Source of the DNA: Mantamonas sphyraenae STR306
Lineage: Eukaryota > Protista > CRuMs
DNA length: 64,000 nt
NCBI GenBank assembly: GCA_026936335.1
Contig: JAPMXV010000053.1
Coordinates: 186,001 to 250,000 of the forward strand
Reading direction: 5' to 3'
The notes under the pieces are model-generated. The model worked only from the letters and a program-made list of their open reading frames with translations, was not told the DNA's origin and made no database searches. Both the position numbers and the translations under genes were made by a program. Shown here piece after piece: positions 44,893 through 54,300 of the stretch; the first letter of the stretch is position 1; every line of letters starts with the position of its first letter.

Positions 44893-47795
44893 TCACCGGC
44901 GCCGCTTCTTCCCACCCCCTTTTGCGAACGGTTGCTGCGCATGTCCATCCCTGGTTGTCCTCAATGTAGCACGTACCTTGGTTCGGCGTGAACGTTTGCC
45001 CTTCCAGATGCTGCTGTCCACATCCGAGGCGAACCAGCGCACAACTCGCCACAGCACCTCGTCGGGCAATGTCCACCATTCCCGGGTCGCTTCGTACTCG
45101 TCCATGCTCCCAGCGTCGAACATCACATCGCGTTCCTCCCAATTCATCACCAACATCGTTTGCACAGGCTCATCCATCGTCCTCGGAAAAAGCCAATGGT
45201 GCCGTGGCTCCCAGTCGATCACAGAAGGGCCATCTTCTGCACGCGCCGGGTACATGTGTGAGGCAATCCAATCGTCCGTGCCACCCTTGAGAGAAACCTT
45301 GTCATAGGTGTGCACACCAAGCCCTGCCAAGAGAGCGCGTGTGCACTCCCTCTCAGTCAGCACATCTCGCTGCATGGGGTGCACTCCCATCGACCTCAAC
45401 GTACGCACGACGCGCTCGTGATTGTTTGCTAAAGCACGATCACAGGCGTTTCGCCCTTTCCGGTCGCGTCGCCTGGCATCGGCACCAAACTCAAGCAGCA
45501 GCAGCACTGCGTCCTCGCTCTCCTCCAGGTGCTCCAGTGGCATACGAGACTGTCTCTTGAAGTCAGAAAAGGGTGTGTCCAACACCTGTGACGCACCCGC
45601 CTCCAACAGCATTCGGAGAGTCTCCGAGCTCATGTCGGCGATTTCGACTGCGATGCACCGCCAAAGCTTGGCCAGATCCTCAGACTTGCCACCTCTGGGC
45701 AAACCAACATCGAAAGTGACGCCGTGGTTGACAAACTCCATCACAGTCGGCATGGAGCGTTTGGAAATTGCCTTGGACAACGCTGTTGTTTTCCCGGATC
45801 CGCCACGAAGCGGATGATGAATGCTCCATCCGAGGATCTCTGGGTCTGCGCCTGCTTCCAAAAGGACACGCACGGTGAATGGATGGGCAAGATGTGCCGC
45901 GATGAACAGCGCCGTCCGCAACGTCCCCTCCTGCTGCACGTTGACATCCACCCCGGCATCCACGACCGCTTGCACAGCGTTCAACGTCGCTCTGGACTCT
46001 TCGCGTGTGCTCACCACCAAATGAAGAAGCGTGCTTCCTTGGGGAGTGCGAGCATCGTGCAAGTTCGTCCCCAGTCCCAGCAGCACGTCAAACTGTTCCT
46101 CAGCGATCATCTGCTCGATCACAGCCATCATGTCCTCCTCCCTGTCCATCAAGAACAGATTGGCACCGGATCGAAGCAGTAGCGCAATCATTTGTGTGTG
46201 CTTGTTTCTTGCGGCGATGGAGAGCGGGTGCCCCCGGCTGCATCTGGTGTTGACCAAGTCGTGATCACCCCCACCAGCGTCAAGCAACGCCTCCACCAAA
46301 GCGATCGTGCCGTACTCAACAGCTGCGTGCAACGGGAGCACACTCTCGTTGGTGCCGATCCTTGCATCTGCGCCGAGCTTGAGCAAGAGGACCGCACAGT
46401 CCTCTGTTTCCTTTGTGCCGCATGCCAGGAACAAGGGTGTGATTCCGCTCTGATTCTGGGCGTTGAGGTCCCACGATGAATGCTCCATCAACCACTCGAT
46501 CGATTGCGTTTTCCCCACGGCTGCTTCGTGCAACAGGGTCGACCCGTCGCCACCAATCCATCCCAGGTCTGCACCCTCTTCAACCAAGCGCGAAGCATGC
46601 AGCGTGCATCCATTCTTCAACAGGGCACGCAGAGCCGTTGTGTGATCGCTCTCTTTGCAGATGCGATCGAGCAAAAAGCGCGTCACTTGTGTCGAGCCTG
46701 CTTCCGCCGCAAACCACAGCATCTGCTTCCCATTCATCACGTTATCTTGCAAACCGAGCCCATGAGACAGAAAAACCTGCACGAGTTCAACAGAGTCGTT
46801 GCGGCAGGCCACAACGGGGGCACAGAACAGTTTTCGACCCTCATCATCATCGCTCAACAGCCTCGTGTTCTGCTGCCGCTGGAGCATCCACGCACGATGC
46901 TCAAGCAACACGTGAACACAATCCACATTTTCCGCGTACGTGGCATGCACAAGCAAGGGCAAGCCAGCAACACCGGTGGCCGCCTTTGCCCCAGCCTCCA
47001 GAAGTACCTGCACCATCTCTGCGTCGCCCTTGAGAACAGAAACTGTAAGGGCAGCCTCCAAATTCCATGGTGGGCCTTCCGACTCGTACAGCGCCTCGAT
47101 CAACTCCGAGACCCCTCCACACGCGGCGATTTGTCCCAGTGTCGGATTCGCTCTGCTCTCAAGGACGCCAATCGCAGTATCCAACGCCTGTCTTATGTAC
47201 TCTTCCTCAGAAACTGTGCCGTTGTACACATTGGCACATGTCCAGAGGCCCCTTTGCACTTCATGGATGCTTTGCAGAGTCTTTTGTCTTCCAGCCCGCT
47301 TTCCTGACTGCTCGTCTTCCACAACAGGGGCCAGAATGACTGTGCTAACCCGGGTGTCCAGAATGCGATTGTATTCGGACGAGTTGGTGAGTTCGCGTAA
47401 CGCGAATACCGTGCAGGCAAAGATGGGAGGCGCGCGGAAACGATCCACGAGTCGACTGCCCTCTCGAGCCACCTCGTGCTGCATGATCCACACACGCAGG
47501 TCGTCACCCACAGTCCACACAAGGTATGGCACATCCAGAACGATCTGAGGATACGCTGAGGCTGCGCCTCTGGGAGACAATGGCATGCCGTGCAGCACCT
47601 GGGTTTCCTTGTGGCTAGCCATCGAGTCCAGAACTGCCCAAGACACCCCGTGTCAGCGCACGGTTTCCCCCTGCACAGTTCCACACCCACTCACTCACTA
47701 GACTCGATGTCACCCTTCGACTTTGCCGACACGGAGGCGTAGTCGAAGAGGACGTTCCGAACCATTTTCACTGCCTCTGTCTGCGCCACACACAT
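44893..47795 (-). CDS. Ankyrin-repeat paralogue C (~935-945 aa) with a 65-nt intron
   Basis: Exon 1 from ATG 47795 (or 47765) to 47699, intron 47698-47634 (GTGAGT..CTGAC..GCAG), exon 2 47633-44893. Splicing restores the family N-terminus (MVRNVLF...DIESILDSM). C-terminal WWTLPDEVLWRVVRWF. Confidence 0.85.
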
Positions 47796-47799
47796 TCAT

Positions 47800-50691
47800 T
47801 CACCTCACATGGTCCTTGTCCACCGCCAACCACCGCATCACCCTCTCCAACACCTCGTCGGGCATCGTCCACCACTCTGCACTCGCTTCGTACGCCTCCA
47901 TCCCACCCGCCTCAAACATCACCTCCCTCTCCTCCATGTTCATGGCAAGCACTGTCTCGATCTGCGTGTCCAGCCACGATGGGAACAGAGTGTGCAATTC
48001 TTCCTGCCAGTCAAGCAGTGCCCGGTCGGCCGCAACTTCGCCGTACGCCAGTGGAACGTCCTCCCCGTACATGTTTTCCCTCAACCATTCGTCGGTGATC
48101 CTCCAAGCAAGTGCATCCTCGTATGTCGTCAGACCCTGGGCCACACGTGCAGCGCGACACATCAACGTGCCCTTGTGCAGGGCAAGCGTCGAAGACGCGT
48201 CCAATCCTCGCTCGACAAGCATGCGAGCAACCATGGAATGATTGTTCTTCACAGCCACATGCATCATCGTCACATCCACGCCACGTCGTTTCACCACCCC
48301 GTTGACATCCGCGCCGTGTCTCAGCAGAATCACTGCACTTCCCTCGCCCAGCTTTTCAAACAGATCCACCATGCTCAGAGGCCGTTGAGCCTCGTGCCCT
48401 TCGCACATCGGCATGTGCAGTGTCTCGTGTGCACCAGCCTCCAGCAGCATGCACAAGAGATCCAGATCTGTTGTGCGCAGAGCTCCCCACACAAGCCGCG
48501 TGGGCGTGTCTTCATCCACCCGTGCGCCATGCTCGATCAACGACCGCAGGATGTCTCCCAGCACAAAGCCGGGCTTGATGGCCACCATCTTCAAATGGGG
48601 CTTTCCGAGAACGTGCACAAGAGGTGACAGCACATCCTCCCGACCCTGCCTCCGCCCGGGACGGCTCGCATCCGCACCTGCCTCCAACAGGGCCTGCACA
48701 CAATCGCTGCTCTGTGCATCAATGGCCTCAATCAACGGCGTCGTCTCTCCCTCTGGCGTCCACCCCTCCACATCGGCACCGGCCTCCAGGAGCGCCCGCA
48801 CAGCCGCCACAGAGTTTCTGCGAGCTGCAACGTGCAGTGGCGTGCCTGGTGCCAATTTCCACGACGACACTGCGTTCACATGAGCGCCTGCGTCCACGAG
48901 CAAGCGGACACACTCCATTTGGTCCGCCGTGTCCAACGGTCCTGCCGCAGACATGCACATGTGCAGCACGGTCTCACCATCCTCGTTTGTGCCATGCACG
49001 TCCAACGTGCCTGCATCCAGCAGTTGTTTCAACACGTCTGCCTTGCGCAGTTGCGTCCCAAGAATCTTCGTCCGGCCGTTTTGCGAGCTCACACGCAGAG
49101 GATCCGCCCCGGCCTGCAACAGCTCAAGCACAATGTCTGGCCATTTGCTTTCCGCCGCCTGTGACAGCGGCGTCACAGGGTCCTCCTCCTGGGACATGTC
49201 CACGGCTTCCAGCATCCCATTCTCACCCGCACCATGTGCAAGCAGCAAGCGGATCTTCTCCACGGGCCCATACCCTGCAGCAAGGTGCAACGGCGTCATG
49301 CCGGACTTACTCACGGACACTGCGTCGGCTCCTGCATCCAGCAATGCTTTGAGGAGGCCCACGTCTGTCTTTTGGCACGCAAACGCCACGGGGCCATCGC
49401 CGTTGCTCGTGAGGGCATGAACATCCACCACGTTTTGCTCCAACACCCACTGCAAACACTCCAAGGTGCCCACAGCGCAAATGTGGATGGCATTTTGGCG
49501 CGAAAGCGTCTCTCTCGCGAGATCCGCTCCAGCTTCGTACAGCAGCTGGGCACAGCGCAGATTCCCACGACGCAATGCACTGCACAAAGCGCTCACACGG
49601 CCGGGATTGGATGGCTCCAATGCAGCACCGGCCTCCAGCAGCCAGCACAGACTCTTCTCAGCCCCTTCGTACGCCGCCCACGCAAGCATGCCGTCCTCCT
49701 TCACCTCCATATTGGCCACATCCAACCCACTGGCCTCTTGAAGCACCTGCAGCATCTCAGGCATGTCATGCGTGCAAGCATGCCGCACAGCATCTCGGAT
49801 CACGTCCGCATCGCACCCTGCTTCAACGAGCACACGCACACACGCGCCGTGTCGTCCATTCACAGCATGCTTCAGCACAAAGATGCCACAGTGCTTCGCG
49901 AATGGCTTCGCTCCAGCACCGAGAAGGCTGGCGCAAATATCGGCATCTCCGATCACCGCGGCCATTCCCAGCAATTGATTCAGCTCGTGCCCTTCCTCCT
50001 CGCCCAGTGGCTTCTCACCCTCCGAACTTTTCTTGGACTGTGCACGTTCAGCCAGAAGAGTGGCCACAGAAGCTGCATCTCTGGCCGTCACGGCGTGTTG
50101 CAACGATCGTGCGCTCCGTTCGTTCACCATCGCCTTTGCAGTGAGCACCATGGAGTGCACATACTCCACATCTCCCCAAACCCCCGCATACGGGGCACTG
50201 CAGCCCCATGTGCCCTCCTGCACCTGTGCAAGCTCACACAAATCTGCTCGCACTTTCGTGTTCCTGGTCTCCTCCAACGGCGCAAGCATGACGTTTGGAA
50301 ACAAAGATGCCAATCGCTCATCGATCACGTTGCCCACATCTTGGAACGGCACCAGACGCATGGAGGGCACCAAAACGGCGGCAAACCCAAAGTTGTCCTT
50401 CTGCTCGGTTGGGCCGTGCTTGGTCCACAACGACACATTGTATGATTTGTTTGTGCAGCACCACACACGCACACCGTGCAATGAAACCACGCGAAAGGGC
50501 ACTGTGGTCTTTTTGGACCCCTCTTTTCTGAGAAGCTCGTGGTCCTCCACAGGCTGCTCTGCCGCCTCTTCCAGCGTTTTTCGCACCTCTTCAATCCCAC
50601 CTCCGGTGACATTCGTCAAATGCACCAACAGAACATTGGGGCAGCGTTCGGATGACTGGAAATTGCTCATGAGCTGGGTCGAGCCGCGCAT
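47800..50691 (-). CDS. Ankyrin-repeat paralogue D (963 aa)
   Basis: Intronless ORF; ANK repeats (GMTPLHLAA, GTPLHVAA); C-terminal WWTMPDEVLERVMRWLA. Confidence 0.9.
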   Translation of the reverse strand: MRGSTQLMSNFQSSERCPNVLLVHLTNVTGGGIEEVRKTLEEAAEQPVEDHELLRKEGSKKTTVPFRVVSLHGVRVWCCTNKSYNVSLWTKHGPTEQKDNFGFAAVLVPSMRLVPFQDVGNVIDERLASLFPNVMLAPLEETRNTKVRADLCELAQVQEGTWGCSAPYAGVWGDVEYVHSMVLTAKAMVNERSARSLQHAVTARDAASVATLLAERAQSKKSSEGEKPLGEEEGHELNQLLGMAAVIGDADICASLLGAGAKPFAKHCGIFVLKHAVNGRHGACVRVLVEAGCDADVIRDAVRHACTHDMPEMLQVLQEASGLDVANMEVKEDGMLAWAAYEGAEKSLCWLLEAGAALEPSNPGRVSALCSALRRGNLRCAQLLYEAGADLARETLSRQNAIHICAVGTLECLQWVLEQNVVDVHALTSNGDGPVAFACQKTDVGLLKALLDAGADAVSVSKSGMTPLHLAAGYGPVEKIRLLLAHGAGENGMLEAVDMSQEEDPVTPLSQAAESKWPDIVLELLQAGADPLRVSSQNGRTKILGTQLRKADVLKQLLDAGTLDVHGTNEDGETVLHMCMSAAGPLDTADQMECVRLLVDAGAHVNAVSSWKLAPGTPLHVAARRNSVAAVRALLEAGADVEGWTPEGETTPLIEAIDAQSSDCVQALLEAGADASRPGRRQGREDVLSPLVHVLGKPHLKMVAIKPGFVLGDILRSLIEHGARVDEDTPTRLVWGALRTTDLDLLCMLLEAGAHETLHMPMCEGHEAQRPLSMVDLFEKLGEGSAVILLRHGADVNGVVKRRGVDVTMMHVAVKNNHSMVARMLVERGLDASSTLALHKGTLMCRAARVAQGLTTYEDALAWRITDEWLRENMYGEDVPLAYGEVAADRALLDWQEELHTLFPSWLDTQIETVLAMNMEEREVMFEAGGMEAYEASAEWWTMPDEVLERVMRWLAVDKDHVR

Positions 50692-50733
50692 CGTCGCCCA
50701 CCCTTTCTCTTTTTCGTGGTCATTGCCTCCCGC

Positions 50734-51204
50734 ATGAACAAGCGCCGTCTTAGCGAGGCATCAGCGGTCATCTTCTTCCTGGTGATGCAGGCAGTGACCA
50801 CATATCTTCTGGTGGCCTGGTTGTTCCCCTCGGTGGTGGCCACGGCATCGTCGTCCGCCGCGTCGGCCTCCGCCGCCGACGACGACACACTGCCCACTGA
50901 CGGCCGCCACACTCCATGGCCACAATACTCGCTGGCTCAAATCAAAGCCAACCACAGTCTGATGATCATCAACGGCGCCGTCCTCGACGTGGGGGCCTTT
51001 GCCAGGGAACATCCAGGCGGCAGCAACGTCATTCGCCACTGGGCCAGCAAGGCCAAAGATGCAGGCTTCTACTTTGAACAACAGGGACACTCGCACCAAG
51101 CAGTCCAGTTCATGCACACCCTCCAGGTTGGTGTAGTCGACCAACAGGGCATGGTGAAGCTGCGAGCCAAACGAGCCAAGTTGGAAGCCATGCATGGCCA
51201 ATGA
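50734..51204 (+). CDS. Cytochrome b5-like heme-binding protein with N-terminal membrane anchor (156 aa)
   Basis: IINGAVLDV..F..EHPGG...I......DA...FEQ.GHS..A: both axial His residues are present. Confidence 0.9.
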   Translation: MNKRRLSEASAVIFFLVMQAVTTYLLVAWLFPSVVATASSSAASASAADDDTLPTDGRHTPWPQYSLAQIKANHSLMIINGAVLDVGAFAREHPGGSNVIRHWASKAKDAGFYFEQQGHSHQAVQFMHTLQVGVVDQQGMVKLRAKRAKLEAMHGQ

Positions 51205-51347
51205 CAATGAAGCCACACACACACACACACACACAACCCATCCATGCGCTGCCAAACCCATCCATTCATCCATCTGTCCATCCATCCCATGCTCCCTTCC
51301 ATGCTCTTGCCACCCTGCTCGTCCGCACCCAAAACAAACCCGTCAAG

Positions 51348-54300
51348 ATGTCCTCCCAGGCTTCGTCGAGCGTCGCATCGTCTCGCCCACATGCTCATGC
51401 AGAGTCTGTGGAGCACCATGCGAGCTTTGACTTTCGTTCCGTTCTCCTGGCTGCAGAGGCTCTGGGCAACCAGTTTGTACGTCAGCTCACAACCGTCCTT
51501 CCCCCCCCCCCCCTTGTTCCTGTACCCTTACCCTGGTGCACCTCCCTCTCCTCCACCCTCACTCCCCTCACTCCCCCCCCTTTCCCCCCCTTCCTACCTG
51601 GCACTTCCCCTATCTCAGGACTTTGCCGACAAGGAGCGCGCTCGCAAACACTGGCAGCTCCTGATCGAGGCGCTGGGCGCAACCGAGGGCTCCGAACGCC
51701 ACTTTGTTCTCAAATGCATCATGGTGGCCCTGGGATCGGTGGAAGAGAGTCTCGACTCGGAAAGCATGCAGGTGCACCTTGCACGTGTGCTGTGTGATAC
51801 TGTGTCCGGCGACGAGTGTGCATCCAACCGCCCGTTCGCCGCGCACGTCCTCGGCATGCTCTTCTCCACTTCCCTTCGTGCACATATCCACTGGCTCCAC
51901 ACGTCGGGCTTCTCCTCTGTCATGATTGAGGTCGAATCCGCCTTTCCCAAGCTCAGGTACGTCGTCCTACGGGCCTCCGTTTGCCCAGTCGTCCGTTGCG
52001 CGCCTCTCCCCCCGTCGACCCTGCCTGCCCGCCGCAAGCCCTGTGTGTGGTCACACCAAAACCTGCCGAACCCATTGTGTTCACTTTTGCTCACACACAC
52101 ACACACACTCTTTCTATCATCCTGGACATCACCGTAGCCTGCAGAAAGTGGTGCAGGACTTTGTGACCTCGGGTGACCAGTCGCACCTCAACGTCTTTCG
52201 CAAGGCGGTGCGCATGGTTTCGTCGGGCTCTGTGGACAGCCCACGTCAAAAGGCCATCCACACCAGCGTGTCCTCACGCATCTACCTACTCTCCGCCCTG
52301 GGCCACTTTATGGAATGCCAGTCTGCACTGCAGAACACGCTGCGGCACAAGATCGACGATCTCCTCCTCCGCGCCTTGGAAGACACCTCCTCCATTTATG
52401 TCCAGATTGCCGTTGTCCGCCTCCTTCACCTCAACTTGACACGCACACCGCGCAATCGCAAGCGCATCCGCAAGTTCCTCGCCGGCGTCCACGCTCTCCT
52501 TGATCCGCATCACGTCGATGACATTGTTCACGATGCCATCCACCACGAGTACGCACGCTCTGCCGTCGAACCTGTCAACGCCGTTGGTTCCCACGACATG
52601 CCCAAGGGCAAACCTGCACCGCATCACAAGCAGGGTGGGTCGTCGGCAAAGAGGAGGGGCAAACACACACAGGGCCGCAAGGACGACGACGACGACGACG
52701 ACAACGATGACGACGACCAAGTCGAACGTGGCCTCGTACACGTCGACTCCATTGGCTCCCATGACGACGCAGTCACCACCCGTTCGTTGGCTCCCTCGGA
52801 AAAGGTGCTGCTCCTCTCGGAAATCTCCCGTTTCTGGAGCAAGTGGTACCCGCGTGCCTACGACGAAGTGCTCCTCATGTTCCCCAATCCGGATTTGCTG
52901 GTGGGCTATGCACGTCTGCAGAAGCGTGCCCTGACCGAAAGCCAAAACCAGGCACGTCGTTCCGGTGCCTACTCGCCTGCAGGCATGTCACGTAGCTCAC
53001 GACGCAGCTCCACCTCCTACCGCGCCGCAGGCGCTTCCTCCTCGTACTACGACGATGATGAAGGCGACGACAGTGACGACGACGAAGATTCCATCTTCTA
53101 CACCGCCGACCAGAACGCTGCCATTGCCGCGGTGCCCGACCTCGACTTTGAGCAGTACTTTCCCGTCTTTACCGCCCTCACCTTCAATCTCACCTCTCGC
53201 GACATCACCTTTGACGGCTCCTCCAACTCGCGCAAGGTGTACCTGCAGAACCACTTTGACTATCCCATCATCTTTTACCTGCAAACACAACCCTACAAAT
53301 TCTTCAACGCCTTTCCGGCCTTTGGCTACCTGGGCCCCGGCCAAACCACACCCATTGTGGTCAACTTTGTGCCGCATCCCTTTCACAAGCTGCGCTCCAG
53401 CAAGATCGAGGGTTACCTGCGCGTACGCAACAACTACGGCTTCCCGCTGGAGCGCATCGACCTCACCGCCTTCAACGGGCCCCAACTCAACCTCATCACC
53501 AAGCACGTCAGTTGCGGCTACTGCCCCGTGGGCGACCGCCGTGCATTCAACGTCATTGTCAAGAACATCGGCCTCGCCACGGTCACCTGTACATTCCACA
53601 CCGTCGCCGACGACGTCTTTCGCATCCAGCCCGACACAATCAACATCAAACCCGACCAACTCGGCGTCGTCAACGTCTGGTTCGAGCCACGCGACCACCG
53701 CGAGTACGAATCCACCGTGCGAGTCATGTGCATGACCGAAACCTACACCCTGCACTGCACCGGCCGCGGCGGCGAGGCCCTCAAAGTCGTCACGCAGGGC
53801 ATCGACTTTGGCATGTGTGAGATTGCCAAGGATGCACGCTACCAGCGCAGCATCACTCTGGTCAACCAGAACCCGTCTCTGCCCCTGCCCGTCAGTTTCC
53901 ACGCCAACAGCGAGTGTGTCGAGGTCAGCAACCTCACCCTCGATCCCATGATGACCATTCAGGTGCCCGTGGACTTTCTCCCGGCCACCAATGGCAAGTG
54001 GACAGAGAGTCTGGGCATCATTGCGCCCAACAGCAAGCCGGCTTCCGTCGACCTGCAGGCCTTTGTCGGTCCCATGGTCATCCTGCCATGCGCCAACCAA
54101 ATCTTCTTCCCGGCCAGCGTGGTGGGCCTTGTACAAACCCTGCGCATTCCCGTCATCAACCGCTTCGACCGCGCCGTGGAGTTTACCATCCACACGGGAG
54201 CGCCCTTTACCACCGCCGGCGACGGCATCTCGGCCAGCAGTACCACGTTTTCCCTCTCTGCGCACTCGTCCATGACGTTTGATTTCAGCTTTGATCCCAG

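Noticed and set aside
47781-47808. 28-nt GT-AG intron that would fuse paralogues D and C in frame
   Set aside because: Far shorter than any other intron here (65 nt or more) and with no branch-point motif; cannot be supported without RNA data.
37144-50691. Integrated giant-virus or bacterial contaminant segment
   Set aside because: No viral or bacterial hallmark genes, composition similar to the flanks, and paralogue C has a canonical spliceosomal intron. An ancient foreign origin is not excluded.
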